Positions 45,723-57,700 of a stretch of 64,000 nt of DNA are shown piece by piece; position 1 is the stretch's first letter; every line of letters starts with the position of its first letter. The stretch covers positions 1-64,000 of IMG/VR virus record IMGVR_UViG_3300010885_027635; one strand, written 5' to 3'. The notes under the pieces are model-generated. The model saw nothing but the letters and a program-made list of their open reading frames with translations. It did not search any database and was not told where the DNA came from. The DNA is from a virus. The position numbers and the translations under genes are program-made.

Positions 45723-48700
45723 TTATTGGCCCCTCAAAAACTGTGCGCACTGATTAACAGTATCTTGTAACGGAACTCCGTCGCTGGGCTCGCCAATACC
45801 AGGATTATACCAAGTTACTCCACGGCGTACCAAAATAGTCACTTCTGCTCCGTTAACCGGAGCAGTATCAAATGTTACAGTGCATGGATTATCCGCAGTA
45901 ATAGTAAATCCAGCTTGCACTCGAATACCAGCAACGTAAACTTCTACAGATTCGTCTCTAATGGTACTATCTTCCAACAGCAAATTAATGTCATCAGCTA
46001 TAAACGTTACAGTACTTCCGTCAGCTAATGTGCTGTTACTTACAATGTAATTTTGAAATTGTACTGGCAACAAATTGCCACGTCCTAGATCAGTAACCAC
46101 TGCACCAGTGCTATGCTCTGCAACAGCAGTACCGGCTGTGCCACGTAACAATCCACTAACAGTATTGTCCACAGTATTTCTTTCGCGGTACATGATACGC
46201 TCGCCGTCGACCATGAGCACTCCCCAAATGTTAAGAGCTAAATCTGGTTGGCCCAATGCTGATGCGTTGTCAACATGAACAACGTTGCTGTTTATAGTCA
46301 ACGACTGTGTTAAAGTTGTAGAGCTAGATGGTGTGATACGATATGTAGCTTGTACTCCACGCATGTCCTGGAATATGCGGAAGGCCATGGCTTCTGGAAC
46401 CACTGTGTCTGTGATTTCTGTAATCATCAATACATCAGCGGCCTGCATGACTCCAGAAGTTAAAATTAACTCTTCGCCAACAATGGTAAAATCATAGTTA
46501 TCAAACAGTCGACGACCGTTTAATGTTACCCAAAGTCGACTAGGATCAGTAATTACACGGCCTAATTGTATGTCATTTACGGTAATTTCAGTTCCGGCAC
46601 TGTAGTCAAACAATCCTGGAGCAGTTTCAAACGGGTCAAGCACAGCTGGGCTATCAAAGTCAGTGGAATCATATGGTTGTACCACTGTTGCACCTGTGGT
46701 GATTGGGCCAACAATAACTTTGGTCAAAATGTTTTGTTGACGTGTGTCATTCCACGTTGTAACAGAAATACTGTCGCCATTGTTTGGTACAAGACCACTA
46801 CCTTCAACAAACAAAAGCTGATCGCCATTAACATAACACTGTGTTCCTGCGTTTACACAAATTAAAATTCTAGTTCCTATTGCTGGCTCTTGAGCAAACA
46901 CCACGCGACGTGGATATCCGTTGTAGGGCTCGACTGCAAAATCAACACCAAGCGTCTGAGGAATGTCATTAAGATACACGTCAACTTGATTATCGGCAAT
47001 TAGGCTTTGACTAAATCCTAAACGTTCTGGTAATAGATATTCAGTGGAGCCATCACCGTACCACTCAATTCCTGCAGAAGTTCTTGCACGAACTCCGTTT
47101 ACAGTTACAATCAAATTGTCAGGATTGGTGTACTCTAAACTGTTATCTAAATTGTAAGCCAGTACGCCAGTCACGCCGGCAAAGGTTTGAGTCTGTGGGG
47201 TACTCCAACTATAATTTGTTGTTACTCCATTAACGGTGGTGGGTCCAATAGCAAATAAACTTATAAAGTCGGTGACATTGTATACTGTTCCAAAACGAAT
47301 ACGAGTAGAGTTAAATCCTGCGGTAGCATAGGTATAATCAGTAGTTAATACACCATTGACAAAAATAGCAAATTCTTGAATTTGGTTGTAGGCCACGGGC
47401 ACTGTGATGTACTCACCAACATCAGCACCATTGTAGGTCTGTTGGTAAAGCTGGTTACCACCACCCAATCCATATACTTCAACTGTAACAATGTTTCCAG
47501 CACTAACTGATGATAGAATTGTTACAGTTTGATCGGTCCAATCAACTGTATAGTTGTCATCCAATGTTAATTGTGTGCCAAGAGTTTGATTATAAACTAT
47601 AATCTGCACAGGATAATCTAAGAGTCCAGCAAAACTTAACACAGTATCGGCTGGATCAAATACAAAGTTACTAATTTTTTCCGGGAATCCGTGACCGTTG
47701 CCTAGCCAATCTGCACCAGGACGAGTATAAATTCTCATGTCCAAAGTATCAAATTCAGCACCTGGAATTAATTCTTCTGGTGCATGACTACTGAATACAT
47801 CAATATAGGCTCCGCCATCCACAACCACAGCATCAGGTTGATTTGGTGGTGCACCATTGTATGCTGGTGCAGGGTTTGTTCCTAGATAAGGGTCTAAATA
47901 ATTGCTTTCATAGATGGCATCAAGTATGCCTGGATCGTAAGTAGGAAGTCCTTCTGGGCCATACGAAATATTATCAAACGGGCTAATGTCGTAATTGCCA
48001 ACATCAAAGCCGGTGTTTTGATTGAAGTCTGGTGCATCAACTTGTACTCCAGGATAATCAATACCGTCAATTAACAATGGCAAACTTAGACCGAGCTCGT
48101 TGGCTGTAGGTGTGTAGAATCCCATGGTACGATCTACACCACTAAGTGTGTCAGCTGGTACTAAGGTCCATTGTGCAGGATCAAATGTAGCACTTTCTAC
48201 ACCAGTACTATCGCCGCTGTCTGCTTCCCAAACTCGATTGGCATATCTAACTTGTGTACCATTATCGTAGTTAACATTGGGTTGCCATTCGTAAATGGTA
48301 CTTACATATTGATATCTATCGTACTTGATAGTTGTTTTAATACTGCGGATCAAGTCATTGCCCATAACAGCAACAGCTCGCACTCCAACGCCATTACCGC
48401 CGGCAAATGATATTAATGCTGTACTAATATAACCAGATCCAGGATTATCAACTGTGATTGATACTACTTTGCCAGCACTGTTAATCACCGCTGTCATTGT
48501 TGCTTGTTCAACACACTCGCCAGTGACTATTACTTCTGGAGCAACAGTATATCCAGCACCGCCATCCACAATAGTTACACTTTGAATGCTTAACAAATAA
48601 TTGTTATACCATTGTTTCCAAGGATCCATAGTCCATATTTCAGCATTAGGACCCGCATCACTGATTGTATTTTTAACCACGCTGTCTGACAGGGTATATG

Positions 48701-51700
48701 GATGTCCAGCAGTATCATCTTGTAGCACTGGACTTATAAACTGTGGCTGTGCCAACGCAGAATTCCAATATGCTGGAACATCAAAGTCTGTTAGCGATCC
48801 AGGATAATCGTCTTGTCCGTTGTAAGCAAGATTAAACTCTCTGATTTGCACATGGTAAGGTTTGACTTCTTGGATATAATCCAACACAAATGTTTGATTG
48901 TCTTGCAAATAAGTTTGATACGGCAACAGCGAACGAATCTTGTGGAACACATCAATAAAGCTGTTTTTAACCAACCAACTTGGAGTGGTGAATTCACTGT
49001 AGATAAAATTAAACACCAACATCAATGCACGATTACGTTCAATAGCCAGGTCATCAATGAATAATTCTTCATTGATTGCTTGAATAATTTTTCTAGTCTC
49101 AATCACTGGTTCTTGATCAAAGTACTGAGCATCAAATACCTCAACACCAAACCCAAAGTTGCCAGCTGAATAGTTCCATAATTCTTCTTTAAACTGTATG
49201 GTACCATCTTGAAGGCCTGCACGTTCCCAGCCAAGGTCGGTTCTTAGATAAATTTCAAATTTTCCTTGTGCGTTGGCAGTAACCTTAACGCTACTACCCA
49301 CTGGAGCCGCTTGTAGAGACAAAGTATCTAGGGCTGAATATACTGGTACTTCTGCTATTGGCTGGACAGTACTATTGTATCCAGGCAAGTACCAATCAAT
49401 ATGATCCCAATACAGTCTTGTATCATAATTTTGAACGCGAACTAAATTAACTGTTCTTTCTGTAGAAACAACATCTGAGATTGCTACTTCGTATATGGTC
49501 CACAAACCATTTTGTGTGCTAGTAGATTCTACTAGATATAGATATCCCAATGGGACACTGTTTAAGTTTTGATAGCTGAGTTCTTCAAGATTGGCCACAC
49601 GTTTATTCCAAACTACAACACCATCAACAGTTGATGTTGGCTGTGGCTCGGAGCTGTTTAGTAAACTTAATTTTCTACTTTCAATAATAGGAAACTGTTT
49701 CAATACGTTGTTGGCACGACCTAGATAATTTTCCAAGGCCATGAAGCGATCAATAAACATACTTTGACGTGGACGGAATTGTACACCATAGCGTTCAGCT
49801 GGGCTCAAGAACGGATCCGGAACTACAGCACCAGCGGTGTCGGCACCGCAGAAACTATCTTGTAATTTACGATATAATGTAGCACTCAAGAATGCGTCTG
49901 GTTTATTTTGTGCAATAAATTCATACTCTGTGTGAATATTTGCGTCGGTTAATTGTCGATCATAATCTATGTGCAGTATTGTGTCTGCCGCTGATATGTA
50001 TTCGAGTCCGTTATAAATGGCCACTGTGCTGGCATTAAGAGCAGCAATGTAGGGGATACCACTGTTGCGTGGATTTTCAATATATCGAGAAACACCTACA
50101 GCACTAAGAGTTTTTCCAGCACCGGTACTGATGGTTGTGATTCCTCGTACCCAGTAATAGTACGTGGTGGTAAACACATTTTCTTGATTTAAACTGCTCC
50201 TCACAGTGTAACTTGTAGTACTTAATGGAGTACCAACACCGGTGTAGCTAAGAGGTGGAACATCACTGGCTACCCATTGATAAATGTCAACTCGACTGCC
50301 TGGAAAGGTTTGACTCCAGCGACGGCTTGCGTATACAATGTCGTCTTGATTTGGATCAATAAATCTTACTGTGTCAGTATCCCACCACATTTGACCTACA
50401 TGTTCAGATCCCCAACTGTTGCCGTTGTTATGAATTGAACCAGTGTTGTAACTGGCTGGATCTACCGCACCAATATAATCTAAGTTTCTGCGAGCGGCAC
50501 CAAGAATTTTTCCTTGCAACGGATCAATAAAATCAAAGTATGTCTGGGTCGACGATGTTAATTTATCATACATGTACACGCCATTAAGCAGATCAACATC
50601 AACCACTGGTTGTTGTTCGTGTATTACTGTCCAGGCCAATTTGCGATCTGGATTATTAAACACATTGACACGACCATAATTTGTTGTGCTATCGCCAAGG
50701 TCGTTGCCCGGGACACCCACCATGAGTCGACCGCTGGTAAAGTTTACTGCAATACCAAATTGATCATTGGGCATTAACTCTTCTGCGTAAATCTGCTGAC
50801 CAAATACAAATTTGCCAGGATTTGTCACTGATGAGGTTGAGCTTGGTAGATAATCGTAGGTATAAACTACGCCACTGTTGTTGATTGGGTGGAAGAATGT
50901 GGTGCTACGATCGTCAAAATAAGTTTCACCGCCGTCAAAGATTTCAGGTTGGTAAACATTGCCGTTGGGTGCTCCAACTACCAGGTTAACATTACTAGAA
51001 TCAATGCTCAAAGCACTACCAAATTGTGCAAAATCAGATGTGCTTGGGCTGACAATTGTTTGTGCGTAAACAAAAGTATTCCATCCAAGATCATCAAATG
51101 CAGATCCAATTACTCCAGGCAATACTGTAAGTTTATTAAAAGCTGTAGCAGATTCTGTATTTTTTACGTTTAATGTCATGCGTCCTGACACTACAGTAAC
51201 TACTGCTCCGGTAATAGGTGCCAACACAAAGAATATTTGTTGTGTGGTGTTGTTGTAGATGTAATCAGATCCATAATTTTGCAATGTATTGTTAACATAT
51301 ACCACTGTAGTATAACTATCAGCAGCTGAATAAAGGGTTCCTATATCAAATACTTTAGTTGCACCATCACCAACAAATTCTGCATTGGCAGCCATTGTGG
51401 CTACTACATTAGGTATTCCTGCGGCATTAATAGCAGATATTAACCCTTCAATGTTATTGTTGGGAACAACCGGAACTGTTACTTCATAATTGTTAATTCG
51501 TATAGTATCGCCAGCAGTTAAAGAAGGATTGGCTACGGTACTGGTTGTAACACCATATACCCGACTTTGATTTACATTTCTTTGTACGCTACCAGCTTGT
51601 GGAAGAACTGAGCTGTCCAACGGTGCACCAACATAAAGACTACAATTGGTTGGACAAAGGTCAATCGCCTGGCCAAATGCTGTTTCGTCCAATGGTGCGT

Positions 51701-54700
51701 TGGCAGTAATCTTTTGAATTTGACTGAATTGATTAGTTGAAACGCTTAATACATCGCCCACTGTTACTGTTAAATTGTCAAGTAATGTAATTTCATTGGT
51801 ATAGAGATTAACATTTACTTGGCCATTAATGAATTGAATTGTCGTAAGTCCGTTGGTATCTGTAAATTCGTAAACGTTTAAAAATTGATTGTTTAATGCA
51901 ACAGATACTGGGCCAGTTACTGATCCTGGCATACTGTAAGTTACCGTATCAACATTGTCAATCAAGTAATTTAGTATGCTACGGTCAAACGCATATACAG
52001 AGCCAGCATGTGCAATAGTTCTTCCATTGGCATCAATTGCAGAATCTCTGTTGCAACCAACTAGTACCTGAGCACCATTGGTTGCGGTAGCTAGGCTAAC
52101 ACCAAATCGTGAATCATTGGCAAGACCAGGAACAGAAATTGTATCGCAATATTGCCAGTAAGTATTTGAAACCACATAAATGTTGGCTCCGGCTGGCGGA
52201 TTTGTAAGTAAACGTAAATCTGCTGTGGTTGCTGTACTGTCTTCGTTGAATTCGTAATCAATGTGTGGGCGTTGTAACACGCCATCTATTGTGACTACAA
52301 ATGAGTAGATGTCCAAAACTGTGTACAGATACGGACTTAATGAAAATACTGCGGTATTACTAATACCAGATCCAGTAAAGGTAAATTCTGTTATGGATCC
52401 ACCAGTCTGAGCGGTTACTGTAATTACCAAATTATTAGCAGGAGCAACACCACCAATTTGTGTTCCTAGAATGGTCAACTGGTTGCCCACTACATAATTT
52501 AATCCACCATCGGTTATTGTAACAGTGTAAACTCCTCGTGTGACATCAACTGTGAATTTTGCATCAAGTCCGCTGCCGGTGGTTGAATTTTGTTCAACCT
52601 CAAAATAAGTTGCAGAATCCAACTGAACTGCTTGGCGGCGAGTTATAGCCAAGCGTTGCCCAGGTGGTGGTGGTACTGAAAAAACTATATTGTTTTGATT
52701 TACTGCATAATCTGTAAATTCGTAAAGCAATTCATTGTTAAGACTTACTGTTAACTGATCTGGTTGAGTATAATCAATCACCAAAGAATCAGACCAATTA
52801 AATGAAGTTGTGATTCCGTTGGTTTGGTAAGTCACATATTGTTCTTCTACATCAACTCGACCATAGGCATAAACTCTGCCCCCAGCATCAGCATATGGTG
52901 CCGATACATACATCCAACGTTCATCTTGGCTTATTGTTACGGCATAGCCAAATCTTGCTGCACCAAAATTTTGATCTGGGGCAATTAATAATTGTGTTGT
53001 ACTGTATCCGCCGGTGACTGGTGCTCGGTATATGGTAGCAGCATAGCCTGTGTTATTTCTACTGGCACTGGCCCCAGCCACCGCCCAAGTATTTTGTCCA
53101 AATTTAACTGCATTACCGTATCCAGTTACATTGGCGGCAGTTAATTCTAATTGTATATCTTGCAGATATAGATTGTTAGTGGTATCTCGGATATAGGAAT
53201 ATACTGCACCGGCATCTGTTCCGGTGCCCGGACTGCCTACCAAAGCAGCAGATAAATTTAATGGTTGAGTCACACTTACGCCATATTGTGAATTGTATAC
53301 CAATGGATCTGGAGAGAACTCATCAAACCCAGTGAATGGATTTTGTTTTTCTAATACTTCCCAGTGTCCTGAGCCGTTGTCATCAACATACGCTTTGGCA
53401 CCAGAAATTAAAGAATTAGAATATGGCAATGATGCTACGTCACTAGCTTGTGACACACGCATGGTCTGTAGATAAAATACCAATCCACTACCTATTAAGC
53501 TGGTTTGGTTGGAGCTTCCAAAGTTAAAGGCAACTGTTATAGATGAAATGCCCGGTACGGCCAGCACACGATACACACCGTTTACATTGGCATTAAAATA
53601 ACGGAAAACTACAAGATCGCCTATAGATAATCCGTGTGGTTGAGAAAATTGTGCAATGCTGGTGCCATTTAAATTATCGGTGACTAGTATTAATTGCCCT
53701 GGTACACGACTACATCTATATACGTCCCAATCATAGCTGTTAGATTTGGCGGCCCAAATAGTAGTACCAACTCCAATGTCGTTGATGTTTGCGGCAATGC
53801 TTGTTGGGTCATCAAGACTAAACACTGTTAGGTCTACATCATTGAGATTTACATATCCAGCACTAGGCAATGCAGTATCGCGGTTGGTTGTATACGTGGT
53901 TGGTAAAATATCAGGGCTGGTTAGTTTATAACTTTCACGCCATACATCATCTAATAAAATAGTTTGATTGGCCTGACTGGTTTCGCCAGGATTGATTACC
54001 TGCACAGTGCAAGGATCTGATCTTAAGTAGGCTTCATTTAATCTTAGTTCAAAGAAACTGCGGTTAGCATTGGCTCCGTATGTTCCAACCAATACACCCC
54101 AGTTTTCAAAAATTTCATAATCACCAGTTTCTTTGCCCAGGTCTGCACGAGTAAACAATTGTGCAGATCGTAGTGTACCTTTGGTAGGCAAGAATTGTTG
54201 ATAAAGATTTACTTGACTGATATCGTCTAGGTTCAAATCAGTCATATACTGGCGTGGGCGGAAACCTATAAGTCCAAAACTTAATAAATCGTTGTCGCTT
54301 TCAAGATTGGCTTGTTGTGTGTCGTAGCTGTTGGCCAATTGATTGGCTTTGTTGGCCAAGTTGGGCAACAGACCACCTTGTATTTTAGTGTAGTCACTCT
54401 TGACCCAGTCATTGTAATCAAATTCTACTTTGGGTTGTACAATAGTTTGTGCTGACCAATAGTTGTTTTTATAAATTACAATTTCGCCTTTGGTGTATTT
54501 TTTGTTTGGCAACCATTCTTTGACATTACTGTTATTATTAAGTATAAAGCCTTGTGCATCTAACACACCATTCCACTCATTGGACGTAGCTGCAACTATA
54601 CGGATACGACTTTGTCTTGCTGAGGTAGCAGGATCGTACACAAGATCTTGGAATATGCTGACATTGTCCAGGACCATCATAGTTTCATAACTGGTAAATT

Positions 54701-57700
54701 TCAAATGCAAATATGATATAGATTGATTGCTTGCACTAGTCACACTAAATGCATCACCATCACGTTGTACAATCAAATCTCTAGTAGGAAGAGTGGTGCG
54801 ATTTTGATCAAGTAAAAGTTGTTCTGGGCTGGTGCTGATAATAGTATCAACTACTGATCCAGCACGGAATGCCTTGAGTGTAGTAGCACACGGATTTAAA
54901 TTGATAATAGTGCCAGGCGTCCATCCTTGTTGACTGTAGTATAAAAACTCTGTGGCCATTTGTGTCCAGTCAAGTTTGTAACCATTTTCATAATCATTGA
55001 AAATTAACCCTTGCTTTTCAAGATAAGCACCGTAGCTTAAAATAAAATCAACTACAACAGTATTATTAACAAAAGTATATCCATAAGGTATTTGTACTAC
55101 TGTATCACTATATTGTGCTGGTACTCGAACTGCGGTACCTCCACCGCTGACTGTTTTTAACAATCCGTTGCTGGCACTAGCAAAAATATTAAAATATGGC
55201 GTGGCATTGTTGTATCCGTATACTGCATAACCGCCTGAGACTATTTCAATGATTAACGCACTATAAACAATTTCGTTGAATGGCTGATTTTTATACAACA
55301 ACAATTGATAGTTGTTGTCCGGCAATGTCAAACTACTGTTGGTACTGTTTGGACTTTGACGTTCTAATATCACGTCAAGGTATTGTTTGTCTGTGAAACT
55401 GGCCATACGATAGCACAAACGCACATCAAGATTGGCCAAATCGTTAGTCAACGCAGTTGTACTGTTACGTCCTAATTGACGATTGTAGTCAACGATCCAG
55501 TCAATGTAACTGGCCTTGCTGACGCCGTTGCCATATACTTCTATGCCATTGGCATCTAGCCTATAACGCCCATTGTAAAGATATTGTTCCAGTTCAAAAT
55601 CATAACGATATAAATCTCTATCAGCAAACAGGGCAAAGAATTCTGCTGGCTTGGTCAATATCAACAAACGCATGACCGCAAATGGATAACTGGAACTCAT
55701 CCACCAACTTGCTTCTACTGGGCCGCCGTCGCCGGCACTCCAACTCTTTTGGAATGCGTTAGAATTATAACTGCCAACTACACTATAAAGTGGTGCCAAT
55801 AACTCGCCTTCTGTGCCAACAGGAATAAGTTTTGTTAGGCCTGGTCTTACATAGTTGGGTTTAATGTAAGGTGCAATTGGGTCTGCTACCAAGCCAGCCT
55901 CTAAGTCGTCCCACAATACCAAGTTATCACTGGTATATGGGGCAGGACCATAGCGTTCTTCCCACCAGACTGGTTTTTCAGTCAGGCCCAACATCTCCCA
56001 GGGAGTTAAATTGGGAGTTAATGTGTCGTAGAAATAACGATAGATGCCACGCCAGGCACCCAATAACGGGTCTTCGTTAATTTTGTTGCCAGCGGTGCTG
56101 TAATTGTAAGTGAATGGATTATTGGCAATGTAGTCTTGACGTTTATAATCCAGTTTGTTCCATCCAACCCAGGTCAAAAAACTTTCACTCAAGATATTAT
56201 TGATATTTGTTTGAGTGTAATCAGTCTTGCGGAAGAACCCAGGAATTACTTCTTCCGCAGTTAGCGGTACTGGGTTGCCGTCGTTTTTTAAATTGTCATA
56301 GATACGTTTTTCAAATTCTAATAATATTTGATCACGTATGTCAATGCGGCCATTGTTGTATTGATCTGTAGTGGTGAAAGCAATAGTGATACTGCCATCA
56401 TGCCCTTGCACAACCAATGCAGGATTCACATAGTCAATGTCATAGAATATTCTTGGCAAATACTTTGGATACAGTCCTAGTTTAGTAGGAGTATTAGGCA
56501 CAAAATTGCCGGCGGTATTGCCATACTCATTGATGGTTACAATATCCCCAACATTCAGAGGAACTGTTATAGTAAGTCTGGGACTATCTGTGGCCACTAC
56601 ATATTCTACATCACGAGTCAATAAAGTTGTGACTGGCTGATTATTAATAGTCCTTGTCAGATATACCAGTAATCCAAGATAGTTAGAACTGGTAAAATCA
56701 TAGGTCTGTACTGTGTTGAATATTGGAGTGCTAATTGGGGTAATAGTGTTGACTGTTTGTGTGTACACCGACCCTGTAGGCAACATGTCGCTCCAATAAA
56801 ATGGATTAGTATCTGTACGTCCATTGGTAATAGTGGCTATAGCTGAATCTAATATTTCAGCCACAGTCATGTCTCCATAATCATTACGTACCACAGTGTC
56901 TATCAACAAAGATTTAAACTTGATGTACTCTCGGCTGTTGTATTCTAATGCACCAAAAATATCATATTCTTTGCTACGCATGAAATAGCCGGCCAAGGTC
57001 AACGGACTACTTTGTTGTAGTATTTGTTGACCAAAAGGAACAATGTTGCCCAAGTCTCTGGTGTTGTTTGGGCCAATAATTGGACCTACAAGTCCAAGCA
57101 AATTTTCGCCAACAGTTTCGTAATGTGTGCGAGCTGTGCCTAAAGTAAAGATACTATTGTTGGTATTGAGTGGATTATTTTCTAAATTAACAGGAATTTG
57201 ATAAAATGCTGTTGCACTGACCTGATCACTTAATACCGCTACTTCAATTACATCACCTGGCAACACATAAGTTTTGCTCATGGTAATAGTTGTAGTATCA
57301 CTAGTGGTGGTGTAGGTATATCGACCTGGGTCTTGGAACTGGCTGTTTACATATAATTGTACAGCTGGTATTACGTTGTTGGTATTAACCGCTACATCTA
57401 ATAGCAAAGGACTACCATCGTAAGTAAATTGAAATTGTTGTCTTTGGATACTGCGTGTAGCAGCCGGTTGCCAGCCAATTTCACTACGATAATCTAGTCT
57501 GTTAGAATACTGTCTTACAAATCCACTGCTGACATCAACAGTCTGACCTGTTGATCCTAACACATAACCAAAGGTGTCTGTATAAAGATTATTGTCAAAA
57601 ACAATATCACCAATGTTATCCAGGCTCAAATATCTTAAAGGAAATCCTAGCACAGCGTCTGGACTGAGATTGCTGGTTGCGTAACTAAACAGCTTACAAC